A stretch of 64,000 bases of DNA from Candidatus Levyibacteriota bacterium (GTDB lineage Bacteria > Patescibacteriota > Microgenomatia > Levybacterales > UBA12049): NCBI GenBank assembly GCA_029260965.1, contig JAJDCG010000001.1:248012-312011 (forward strand). The letters run 5' to 3'. The translations under genes and the position numbers were made by a program. The notes beneath the pieces were generated by a model. That model saw only the letters and a program-made list of their open reading frames with translations. It was not told the DNA's origin and made no database searches. Each line of letters starts with the position of its first letter. The first letter of the stretch is position 1. Below, one piece after another: positions 1-8,319 of this stretch.

Positions 1-656
1 GGAACAGGAACTCCCCAATTTTTAGCGCGTTTGTTTGATCTTGAAATACTTATGTCATCAAGTCCGCTTTTTAGAAAAGACAGCATTTCGTTTTTTCTAA
101 ATTTTGGGAATATCTTTATTTCATCTGATTCTATTATTTTGATAAGCTGGTTTTGATATTTTGAAAGTTTGAAAAAATAATTTTCTTCAGACACTTCTTC
201 AAGTTTTTTACCAGGGTGTTCAAAGCATTCTCCATTTTCGTCCAACTCCTCTTGTGGATAAAACTGTTCACAGCCTATGCAGTAAAGTCCTGTATAGGAT
301 TTTTTATAAATATCGTTATTTTTATCGCAAAGCAGCCAGAGTTTTTGGCTTGCTTCATGATGGGACTTACTGCTTCCTTTTTGCCAAATGTCAAATTCTA
401 CATTTAGTTTTTTTGATAATTCATAAAAAGTTTTTTCATTTTTGTCAATAAATTTTTGGATCGGTATGCCTGCTGCTTCTGCAGCTTGGACATTTTTAAG
501 CGCGTTTTCGTCTCCACCGCAAAGCAGTTGTGTTGTGTCGCCGAGAATCTGACGGTATCTTCTGATCGTATCGCTTTGGACAAATTCCAGAGCGTGTCCG
601 ACGTGAGGAGGGGCATTTACATAAGGAATAGCGTTGGTGATAAAAAACTTAGCCAT
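1..656 (-). CDS. metG: Methionyl-tRNA synthetase, N-terminal part (runs off the window start)
   Basis: Minus-strand translation from the ATG at 656-654 gives MAKFFITNAIPYVNAPPHVGHALEFVQSD..., which is the class I HIGH motif region (PYVNAPPHVGH). It continues ...YCIGCEQFYPQEELDENGECFEHP, a CxxC...CxH zinc knuckle typical of MetRS. The frame stays open to position 1. The short plus- and minus-strand ORFs in the track here are other frames. Confidence 0.7.
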   Translation of the reverse strand, partial: MAKFFITNAIPYVNAPPHVGHALEFVQSDTIRRYRQILGDTTQLLCGGDENALKNVQAAEAAGIPIQKFIDKNEKTFYELSKKLNVEFDIWQKGSSKSHHEASQKLWLLCDKNNDIYKKSYTGLYCIGCEQFYPQEELDENGECFEHPGKKLEEVSEENYFFKLSKYQNQLIKIIESDEIKIFPKFRKNEMLSFLKSGLDDISISRSNKRAKNWGVPV

Positions 657-700
657 GGGTTTTGTTTGTGACAATAAACAAATTGTACCAGAGCTTGAGC

Positions 701-1045
701 CTATTTTCTATATGCAAAGAGGAGTTCAAGTGTTAAAAACAGACCTGCAAGAAGAACCAGAAAGAAAGGATGACTCAATCCATTCAGGCGAAAAACAAAG
801 ATGCTTATTATAAAACCTGCGACCAGAACACCATGTGCTGTATTTTTTAATAGATAGGTAGATGTGCTGAAGGAAAACAAAAATAAAAGAGTGAGAAAAA
901 AATATGTGGTATTGAATCCCATTCCGGCAAATTTCAATTTATAATCTGGCGGAAATAGGAATGTTAATCCAGCTATTCCAAAAAGGGTAAATAAGCTAAG
1001 CAGCAAAAATTTGATGGGTCTTTTTCTCCAATGCATGTTTATCAA
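701..1045 (-). CDS. Small polytopic membrane protein, hypothetical
   Basis: 114 aa with about four hydrophobic segments and no recognisable motif. Confidence 0.35.
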   Translation of the reverse strand: MINMHWRKRPIKFLLLSLFTLFGIAGLTFLFPPDYKLKFAGMGFNTTYFFLTLLFLFSFSTSTYLLKNTAHGVLVAGFIISIFVFRLNGLSHPFFLVLLAGLFLTLELLFAYRK

Positions 1046-1057
1046 TTTTATATCTAA

Positions 1058-1831
1058 CTATCTGCAAGTTCCGTCTCTTCCACCTGAATTCGATTTGCAA
1101 GTTTGTCCAGAAGGACATTGATCATTTCCTGCAACATCACATGATTTCCTGGTAGGAACACCCTGATCACTTTCTAATCCTGGTACTTTCAGTATGTCAA
1201 TGCCGATTAGCTGTAGGAATAGAAACGAGAAGATAAGAAACATCAGGCCGACTATTGCAGCAATCATTTGCTCTCTTGCTTGTTGAATCTGGTCAGGATT
1301 ACCTCTGGAGGTCATTATTTTGTATCCTGCGATCATTATCAGTAATATCGCTATTCCACCAGCCATGCTTATCAGGAATCCAAATACACTAACTACAAAA
1401 TCACTTGGTTCAGTCTTGAATGTTCCAAGAGCTGTATTGAATTCTGCGCAAGTACCGTTTTCGAATTTTTTACAGGGTGGAGATGGGGCAGGTTGTTGTC
1501 GGTCTGTGCTGTCAATTTTTTTGCATGTTCGGTAGGTGTCGCCACCCTCTGCTACACAGGTTAAGCCTTTTTTACAGACCTCAATTCCTCTTCCCCCGAT
1601 TGTATCGCCATTGTCGCAACGTTGGCCCTCGCTTCGGCTAAACTCAGGCATGCATACAGCGCTACCTCCACCGAGTCCCAGTCCTGGATCAACACAGGTT
1701 AGTCTTTGGTCTGGGTCGCAATGATTAAGAATTCCACAGGTTTGTCCTGGACCAACTGCTGCTGCTGAAGCTGGATTTGGAGTAGTGATTATTAAGATCA
1801 GGAAAGAGAAGAGAAAAAGAATCTTTTTCAT
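1058..1831 (-). CDS. Secreted Cys-rich protein with a two-TM VirB2/TrbC-like (T4SS-pilin-like) core
   Basis: Signal peptide MKKILFLFSFLILIITTPNPASA, then a Cys-rich N-terminal region of about 12 Cys. The core FVVSVFGFLISMAGGIAILLIMIAGYKIMTSRGNPDQ...IVGLMFLIFSFLFLQLIGIDILKVPG is clearly homologous to the 7943..8314 protein. A Cys-rich C-terminal tail follows. Confidence 0.5.
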   Translation of the reverse strand: MKKILFLFSFLILIITTPNPASAAAVGPGQTCGILNHCDPDQRLTCVDPGLGLGGGSAVCMPEFSRSEGQRCDNGDTIGGRGIEVCKKGLTCVAEGGDTYRTCKKIDSTDRQQPAPSPPCKKFENGTCAEFNTALGTFKTEPSDFVVSVFGFLISMAGGIAILLIMIAGYKIMTSRGNPDQIQQAREQMIAAIVGLMFLIFSFLFLQLIGIDILKVPGLESDQGVPTRKSCDVAGNDQCPSGQTCKSNSGGRDGTCR

Positions 1832-1883
1832 ATCTTCAGCATTGCAGAAAAATTAAATTTATGCAAGATATTGAGATTGACTC

Positions 1884-1912
1884 TTGACATGTTTTGGCAG
1901 TCATGTTATATT
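1884..1912 (+). promoter_or_regulatory. Sigma70-like promoter for the hrcA operon: TTGACA, 17 nt, TATATT
   Basis: TTGACA at 1884-1889, a 17-nt spacer, TATATT at 1907-1912. The leader to the hrcA ATG at 1955 is about 35 nt and contains short palindromes (CAAGTCTTG, TTGCTAGCAA). It has no canonical CIRCE (TTAGCACTC-N9-GAGTGCTAA). Confidence 0.35.
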
Positions 1913-1954
1913 AGTGCCAAGTCTTGTAAACAAAGAGTTATTGCTAGCAAAATT

Positions 1955-2686
1955 ATGCATAATCTGACTCAAAGGCAGATTGAGATACTGCGAAGTATCA
2001 TTGAGGAGTACATTGAAACAGCAGAGGCTGTAGGTTCTGAAACGATTGAAAAGAAACACAACCTGTCAGCTAGTCCAGCAACCATCAGAAATGAGATGGT
2101 GCGCTTAGCCGAGTATGGTTACATAAAGAAGACGCATTCGTCTGCGGGTCGTGTTCCGACAGCCAAGGGTCTCAAGTTTTACGTGAGAGAGCTTATGAAG
2201 GAGAAAGAGCTCTCAACCATGGAAGAGGTTGCACTCAAAGAAAACGTTTGGGATTACAGGGATCGTATGCAGAGATTTCTCAAGGAAGCAACTAGATCGT
2301 TGGCCGCAAAAACCAATTCTTTGGCAATTGCGACAACAAGCGAGGGTGATATTTTTTCATCAGGATATGCAAACATCCTGGATAAGCCCGAATTTTTGGA
2401 TATAGATGTCACAAAAACGCTTCTTGAGGCGCTGGATGAATATGACTGTTTTGCAGGGATATTCGCAAACGTTCACGGAGATGAAGAGATACATGTGTTG
2501 ATAGAAGATGAGCTTGGAGATGGACTTCGTGGGCCATACGGGTTTATTTACACGGATTATACGACACCTATGAATGTTCAGGGAAAAATCGGAGTACTGG
2601 GACCTGCTAGACTTTCATATACATCTATAATACCGATAGTTAGATATTTTGGAGCAATGATTAAAGAAAGTGCTCAGGGATGGTAG
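1955..2686 (+). CDS. hrcA: Heat-inducible transcription repressor HrcA
   Basis: The N-terminal winged helix MHNLTQRQIEILRSIIEEYIETAEAVGSETI...SPATIRNEMVRLAEYGYI is characteristic of HrcA. It sits directly upstream of grpE-dnaK-dnaJ. Start chosen at the internal ATG at 1955; the track ORF begins at 1871. Confidence 0.85.
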   Translation: MHNLTQRQIEILRSIIEEYIETAEAVGSETIEKKHNLSASPATIRNEMVRLAEYGYIKKTHSSAGRVPTAKGLKFYVRELMKEKELSTMEEVALKENVWDYRDRMQRFLKEATRSLAAKTNSLAIATTSEGDIFSSGYANILDKPEFLDIDVTKTLLEALDEYDCFAGIFANVHGDEEIHVLIEDELGDGLRGPYGFIYTDYTTPMNVQGKIGVLGPARLSYTSIIPIVRYFGAMIKESAQGW

Positions 2687-2723
2687 CTAGAATTAAGAAA
2701 GATTTGGAAATAGAAATATAAAG

Positions 2724-3212
2724 ATGATAAAAAAACAAAATGATAAACTAGAAAAGGAATTTACAGAAGTTGATGATTTAGGAGATGAGGACAATCAGGT
2801 GGAGATCCTTAAAAAAACAGTATCGGTATTTGAGGAAAAATACAAAAGAGCACTTGCTGACTATCAAAATTTACAAAAGAGAGTAGATATCGACAAAAAG
2901 AATTGGGTAAAAATAGCAAATCAGGAACTTTTGGCAAGGCTAATACCTGTACTTGATACATTAATGTTAGCAGGTCAGCATATTGATAATGAAGGATTAA
3001 AAGTAAGTATAGATCAATTTTTAGAGGTTTTAAAAGTAGAGGGAGTTGTAAAAATTGATGTAGATAAAAAAGAATTCAATCCGGAAATTATGGAGGCGAT
3101 AGCAGTTGGCGAGGGAGAGGAGAATAAGGTAATAGAAGAGATTAGACCAGGATACATGATTTATGATAAAGTGTTGAGGCCTTCTCAGGTAAAAGTGGGG
3201 AAACATTCATAA
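2724..3212 (+). CDS. grpE: Nucleotide exchange factor GrpE
   Basis: 162 aa with an N-terminal coiled coil and a C-terminal beta domain, positioned between hrcA and dnaK. Confidence 0.85.
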   Translation: MIKKQNDKLEKEFTEVDDLGDEDNQVEILKKTVSVFEEKYKRALADYQNLQKRVDIDKKNWVKIANQELLARLIPVLDTLMLAGQHIDNEGLKVSIDQFLEVLKVEGVVKIDVDKKEFNPEIMEAIAVGEGEENKVIEEIRPGYMIYDKVLRPSQVKVGKHS

Positions 3213-3216
3213 AAAT

Positions 3217-5133
3217 ATGGGAAAAATAATAGGAATTGATTTAGGAACAACAAATTCAGCAATGGCTGTAATGGAGGGTGGATCACCAAAAGTGATTCAT
3301 AGCGCTGAAGGGCGAAATACTATTCCATCAGTTGTTGATCCGATTGCGCATGTTGTAGGTGATGTTGCCAAGCGTCAGATGGCGATCAAACCTAAAAAAA
3401 CTGTGTTTTCAGTCAAGCGATTGGTTGGTCGTAAATTTAAAGATAAATCGGTTCAAGATGACATTAAATGGCTTCCATACACAGTCAAGAGCGGACGAGA
3501 TGACATGGCAGTTGTTGAGGTTGATGGTAAGACATTTACTCCTCAAGAACTCTCAGCTAAAATTCTTCAAAAGATTAAAGCAGATGCTGAGGCATATCTG
3601 GGTGAGAAAGTAACTCAGGCTGTGATCACAGTTCCTGCGTACTTTGATGATTCAGAGAGACAAGCTACCAAACAGGCAGGAGAAATTGCAGGACTTGAGG
3701 TTTTGCGTATTATTAACGAGCCAACAGCTGCTGCGCTTGCATATGGCTTGGATAAGAAAAATGCCCACACAATTGCTGTTTATGATTTAGGAGGTGGGAC
3801 ATTTGATATTTCTATTCTTGAACTTGGGGATGGAGTTTATCAGGTAAAATCAACCAATGGTGATACGCATCTCGGTGGAGATGATTTTGATCAGAAAATT
3901 ATTGATTATTTAGCTGATGAATTCAAGAAAGAAAATGATGTTGATCTAAGAAAAGATCCTCAGGCTCTGCAAAGACTTAAAGAATCAGCTGAGAAAGCAA
4001 AAATTGAACTATCAAGCTCTCAAGAGGCATCAATCAATCAGCCATTTATAACCCAGGGCAAAGATGGACCCCTTCACTTGACTTTAACCCTGAGTCGTTC
4101 CAAGCTTGAACAAATTGTAGATGAGTTGATTCAAAAGACTTTAAAGCCTGTTGAAAAGGCAATAAAAGATGCAGGAGTTAAGGTGACAGATGTTAACGAG
4201 ATAATAATGGTAGGTGGTATGACTCGCATGCCAAAAGTTGTTGAGGTAGTTGAAAAGTTTTTTGGTAAAGAAGTAAATAAGTCAGTAAATCCAGATGAGG
4301 TGGTAGCAATTGGTGCAGCTGTTCAAGCTGGAGTATTGGGTGGAGATGTAAAAGACGTATTGCTTCTGGACGTAACACCATTGACTTTGGGACTTGAAAC
4401 TCTGGGTAGTGTTTCAACGCCTCTAATTGATAGAAATACTACGATTCCTACCTCCAAATCACAAACCTTCTCAACTGCTGCTGATAATCAGACACAAGTA
4501 GAGATAAACGTGCTGCAAGGAGAGCGTCCGATGGCAGCGGACAATAAATCTTTGGGAAGATTTATTCTTGAGGGTATTCCACCAGCTCCTCGTGGTGTCC
4601 CGCAAGTAGAGGTGACTTTTGATATTGATGCGAGCGGAATTCTAAGTGTGAGTGCCAAAGATAAAGCAACAGGTAAAGAAAATAAGATCCAAATTACAGG
4701 AAGCACTGGTCTCTCAAAAGATGAAGTTGAGAAAATGACTAAAGAAGCAGAAGTACACGCTGCAGAAGATGAAGAGAAGAAGGGTAAGATTGAGGCACGA
4801 AATCACGCAGATTCTCTCATATTTACATCTGAGAAAGCTCTCAAGGATGCAGGCGATAAGGTTCCAGATGATGTAAAGACTGAAGTTGAAGAAAAAATAA
4901 AATCACTCAAAGACATTTTGGACAGTGGTAGCAAAGAAGATTTGGAGAGTAAAACAAATGAGCTTTCAGAATCGCTTCAGAAAATCGGTCAAGCGGCATA
5001 TGAACAGGGTCAAAAAGCACAAGAAGAGCCAGAAATAGAAAGTGAAGAAAAAGATGGTAAAGCAGAAGATATTAAAGATGAAACTTCTGAAAAAGATAAA
5101 GAAAAACCTGTTGAAGGAGAAGTGGTAGAGTAA
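3217..5133 (+). CDS. dnaK: Molecular chaperone DnaK (Hsp70)
   Basis: Starts [18 protein letters not shown] and carries DLGGGTFD and the other Hsp70 signatures over its full length. It has an acidic, E/K-rich C-terminal tail. Confidence 0.95.
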   Translation: MGKIIGIDLGTTNSAMAVMEGGSPKVIHSAEGRNTIPSVVDPIAHVVGDVAKRQMAIKPKKTVFSVKRLVGRKFKDKSVQDDIKWLPYTVKSGRDDMAVVEVDGKTFTPQELSAKILQKIKADAEAYLGEKVTQAVITVPAYFDDSERQATKQAGEIAGLEVLRIINEPTAAALAYGLDKKNAHTIAVYDLGGGTFDISILELGDGVYQVKSTNGDTHLGGDDFDQKIIDYLADEFKKENDVDLRKDPQALQRLKESAEKAKIELSSSQEASINQPFITQGKDGPLHLTLTLSRSKLEQIVDELIQKTLKPVEKAIKDAGVKVTDVNEIIMVGGMTRMPKVVEVVEKFFGKEVNKSVNPDEVVAIGAAVQAGVLGGDVKDVLLLDVTPLTLGLETLGSVSTPLIDRNTTIPTSKSQTFSTAADNQTQVEINVLQGERPMAADNKSLGRFILEGIPPAPRGVPQVEVTFDIDASGILSVSAKDKATGKENKIQITGSTGLSKDEVEKMTKEAEVHAAEDEEKKGKIEARNHADSLIFTSEKALKDAGDKVPDDVKTEVEEKIKSLKDILDSGSKEDLESKTNELSESLQKIGQAAYEQGQKAQEEPEIESEEKDGKAEDIKDETSEKDKEKPVEGEVVE

Positions 5134-5260
5134 ATCCTAATTTCTAATTTCTAATATCTAAACAATTTCAAAATACAAATAATTAAAATTTAAAACGTTT
5201 TGATAAATGAATTTTTGATAATTTCGATTTGTTTAGGATTTAGATATTGGAGTTTAGGAT
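5134..5260. repeat. Imperfect terminal inverted repeats enclosing an AT-rich core in the dnaK-dnaJ spacer (MITE-like or regulatory palindrome)
   Basis: Left arm ATCCTAAtttCTAAtttCTAAtaTCTAAAC, right arm GTTTAGGAtTTAGAtaTtggagTTTAGGAT. The ends ATCCTAA/TTAGGAT are perfectly inverted and each arm has internal CTAA/TTAG direct repeats. Confidence 0.3.
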
Positions 5261-5272
5261 TTTTTATTTATT

Positions 5273-6139
5273 ATGGCGAGTGAAAAAGATTATTATCAAA
5301 TACTTGGAATTTCAAAAAACGCAACTGATGCAGAAATAAAAAGCGCGTATCGTAAGTTGGCCCTTGAATATCATCCTGACAAGAATAAATCAAAAGAGGC
5401 TGGTGAAAAATTCAAAGAAGTAACTAAAGCATATGAAGTGCTTTCAAATTCTTCTAAAAGGCAAAATTATGATCAATTTGGACATAGCGCTTTTGAGCAG
5501 GGAGGAATGGGTAGTGCAGGAGGCGGTGGAGGAGGTCAAGCAGGTGGTCAATACGGACCTTTTAGCTACCAATACTCAACCAGTGGTAATGCTGGAGGGT
5601 TTGATTTTGGAGGTGGAGTTGATCCTTTTGATATATTCGAGCAGTTTTTTGGTGGTGGATCACCGTTTGGCAATAGAACCAGAAGACCTGCGTATTCAAT
5701 TCGAATTAGTTTTGATGAGGCTGTAAAGGGAGTTGCTAAAGAAGTGAAAATTGATGGAAAGTCAAAAAAAATAAAAATACCAGCAGGTGTTGATAGTGGT
5801 TCTAGGATCAGATTTGACGAATATGATGTAGTTGTTGACGTTGCATCCAGTAGCAAATTCGCGCGCCAAGGTTATGATATCGTGACAGAGAAAGAGATAT
5901 CGTTTCCACAGGCAGCACTAGGGGATGAGTTGAAGATTGAAACAGTTGATGGTGAGGTAAAGATTCGTATACCCGCAGGTACTCAGCCCGAGACACTGAT
6001 AAGACTTGCAGGAAAAGGCGTTCCACATGTTAGAAGTGGTCAGCGCGGTAATCATTATGTAAAAATAAAAGTGACAGTTCCCGGCAGGTTAAGTCGTGAA
6101 CAAAAATCCCTCCTCGAAGAACTCAAAAAAACCTCATAG
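5273..6139 (+). CDS. dnaJ: J-domain co-chaperone, DnaJ/CbpA-like type II with no zinc-finger domain
   Basis: J domain [33 protein letters not shown], a G/F-rich linker and a C-terminal substrate-binding domain. The CxxCxGxG repeats are absent. Confidence 0.8.
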   Translation: MASEKDYYQILGISKNATDAEIKSAYRKLALEYHPDKNKSKEAGEKFKEVTKAYEVLSNSSKRQNYDQFGHSAFEQGGMGSAGGGGGGQAGGQYGPFSYQYSTSGNAGGFDFGGGVDPFDIFEQFFGGGSPFGNRTRRPAYSIRISFDEAVKGVAKEVKIDGKSKKIKIPAGVDSGSRIRFDEYDVVVDVASSSKFARQGYDIVTEKEISFPQAALGDELKIETVDGEVKIRIPAGTQPETLIRLAGKGVPHVRSGQRGNHYVKIKVTVPGRLSREQKSLLEELKKTS

Positions 6140-6287
6140 CTTGTTTAGTCCCTAAATTCACATATTTAAAATAAACGTAAGTATATAGATATAGTCGACG
6201 CGTAATTTAGTAATTAAAAGATGATTTATTACTACCAGTATACATACCGATAAGAAACAGTATCTAAGTTATGTTAATATAATTTAT

Positions 6288-7052
6288 ATGTCGGTGATTA
6301 TTGCGATTGGAGGCAAAGAAGTGGGACCAATCCTTCCAGATGGAGGTTTTAATAAGATCAAGCATGGCAACCTACACAAAGAAATTATTACTAGAACAGG
6401 CAAGAAGCATCCTAAAGTTTTATTTATCCCAACAGCCAAAGATGATCGTGAAGATTATATAGAAGGATTCAAGAAATATTATTCTACGCTTGGTTGTAGC
6501 CAGATTGATACATTGTACCTTCTTAGATCCAAGCCCTTACCAGGTGAAATAAGATCGAAAATACTTTCAGCAGATGCTATTTATGTAAATGGTGGCAACA
6601 CCTCAAGAATGCTAGCTACATGGAAAAAATATGGCGTTGACAAGATCTTAAAAGAAGCACATAGAAAAGGAATAGTAATGTCAGGTCATAGTGCTGGTGG
6701 GGTTTGTTGGTTTAGCTATGTTTGTTCAGATTCATTTTACAGACACGAACCATTTAAGCTAAAAGCAATAGGAATAATAAATGCTTTGGTGTGTCCGCAT
6801 TATGATACTGAGCCTTTTCGTCAAGAACCGCTAAAGAAGATGATGAAAAACACACCTGATGTTGTAGGAATAACCCTAGACGAATACGCAGCGATTGAAG
6901 TAATAGATAATAAATACAGAATTCTTACTGCAAACTCAAAAGCAAAGGCACATAGAGTTTATTGGGATGGTAGCGAGTATGTTGTTGAGGAAATTGAGAA
7001 AATGAAGGAGTTTAGAGATTTGAACCAACTACTTACTAAGTCAAATGCTTGA
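6288..7052 (+). CDS. Peptidase S51 family (dipeptidase E / cyanophycinase-like) protein
   Basis: Has the YVNGGNT motif and the GHSAGG serine-nucleophile motif. The length and motif order fit family S51. Confidence 0.55.
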   Translation: MSVIIAIGGKEVGPILPDGGFNKIKHGNLHKEIITRTGKKHPKVLFIPTAKDDREDYIEGFKKYYSTLGCSQIDTLYLLRSKPLPGEIRSKILSADAIYVNGGNTSRMLATWKKYGVDKILKEAHRKGIVMSGHSAGGVCWFSYVCSDSFYRHEPFKLKAIGIINALVCPHYDTEPFRQEPLKKMMKNTPDVVGITLDEYAAIEVIDNKYRILTANSKAKAHRVYWDGSEYVVEEIEKMKEFRDLNQLLTKSNA

Positions 7053-7815
7053 ATCATTTCTTCCCAGCTATTTTCAGTGGTGGCATCTGCCTGTTATTTT
7101 TATTGCAGGATTAATTGGCGAGGGGTATGGAACAATAATAGGTGGCGGAAGTATTGTCATGCAGGGTGTTATGATTTTTCTAGGTGTCCCACTTCAATCA
7201 GCAATCGCCACAGATAATGCAGGAGCTTTGGGAACAGAGGTTGGTATTCTTTCAGAGACTAGAAAGAAGGTTGTAGAAAATAAAAAGCTAGCCATGTTTA
7301 TGGTAATTCCTGTATTTTTAGGTGGAGTTGTTGGTACATCTTTTCTTCTTACTATACCATCAGCAGTAATAAAATACTTGATGATTATTGCCATTTCATG
7401 CTTATTATTTTATTCGTTATTTCTAAAAAATAAACTCAAGATTCAACTGTCAATAAAGTATCAATATCCAATACTTTTTATCCTTCTATTTTTAATTGGT
7501 ATTTATAATAATTTTATAGGTATTGGTGAGGGAACGTTTACAAAAATTTCAATAATGTTAATTCTTGGCACGACTTTTATTAAAAGTCACGGAATAAAAA
7601 CTGCAGCCATGATTCCTTCAAGAATTTATTCATTAGTCATAACAGCACTTTCAGGGCTTATTATTTGGCCATATTTACTAGTATTTTGGGTTTCAACATT
7701 TATATCTGGTAAATACGCTACAAAATTTATAACACTAATTCCAGAAAGATATTTAAAACTTGGATTAGTAACCTTAAGCATTATTTTCATTTTCGCTCTT
7801 ATTTTTGTGTATTAA
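7045..7815 (+). CDS. TauE/SafE (TSUP, DUF81) family membrane transporter
   Basis: Polytopic protein with the GxxGGGS signature (IIGGGSIVMQG) and about eight predicted TM segments. Confidence 0.55.
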   Translation: MLESFLPSYFQWWHLPVIFIAGLIGEGYGTIIGGGSIVMQGVMIFLGVPLQSAIATDNAGALGTEVGILSETRKKVVENKKLAMFMVIPVFLGGVVGTSFLLTIPSAVIKYLMIIAISCLLFYSLFLKNKLKIQLSIKYQYPILFILLFLIGIYNNFIGIGEGTFTKISIMLILGTTFIKSHGIKTAAMIPSRIYSLVITALSGLIIWPYLLVFWVSTFISGKYATKFITLIPERYLKLGLVTLSIIFIFALIFVY

Positions 7816-7942
7816 TACGTTTTTTTAGCTTTGGCGTTTGAGATTTTGAGGTGATATATAATTGAATTTTCTATTTGATTTATTGGGATTTTGTGTGATA
7901 CTGTTTAAGTATGGCGGTTTCTTCTTGACCTGCCTTTGTCAT

Positions 7943-8314
7943 ATGAGGAAATTATCTCTTTTAGGAGTTGTTTTATTTACACTCTTTTCATTTTTTACTT
8001 TACCCACTGTAGCGTATGCCCAAAGTTGTGATGTGGGGTATGTAGCAACAGATTTTGGTTGCTGGCCTGGTAATCCGATTGGTTTTGTGCAGGAGTTTTA
8101 TAGCGTAGGCCTTGCCTTTGTGGCAGGCATTGCGATCCTAGCGCTGATTGCTGGAGGCTATACGATCATGACCTCACAGGGTAATCCTGAGCGTGTAAAT
8201 GTAGGAAAAAGCTGGATATTTTATGCAATCGTTGGGCTGCTTCTAGCAATTTTTGGATATGTGTTTATAGAGGTTGTGGTTGTAGATGTTTTGAAAGTTC
8301 CTGGATTTAGCTAA
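7943..8314 (+). CDS. VirB2/TrbC-like (T4SS-pilin-like) small secreted two-TM protein
   Basis: Signal peptide MRKLSLLGVVLFTLFSFFTLPTVAYA and a Cys pair (SCDVGYVATDFGC). The core GLAFVAGIAILALIAGGYTIMTSQGNPER...IVGLLLAIFGYVFIEVVVVDVLKVPGFS is a paralog of the 1058..1831 core. Start chosen at the ATG at 7943; the track ORF begins at 7862. Confidence 0.5.
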   Translation: MRKLSLLGVVLFTLFSFFTLPTVAYAQSCDVGYVATDFGCWPGNPIGFVQEFYSVGLAFVAGIAILALIAGGYTIMTSQGNPERVNVGKSWIFYAIVGLLLAIFGYVFIEVVVVDVLKVPGFS

Positions 8315-8319
8315 GTTTT

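Noticed and set aside
216-671. Four short track ORFs (216..407+, 254..451+, 404..616-, 456..671+)
   Set aside because: All are alternate-frame or alternate-strand readings inside the metG coding region. The true frame on the minus strand is open from 656 to the window start.
1320-1724. Plus-strand ORFs 1320..1535 and 1536..1724
   Set aside because: They are antisense within the Cys-rich pilin-like gene and have no independent support.
2687-2723. CIRCE operator upstream of grpE or dnaK
   Set aside because: No TTAGCACTC/GAGTGCTAA halves are present. The spacer is short and AT-rich.
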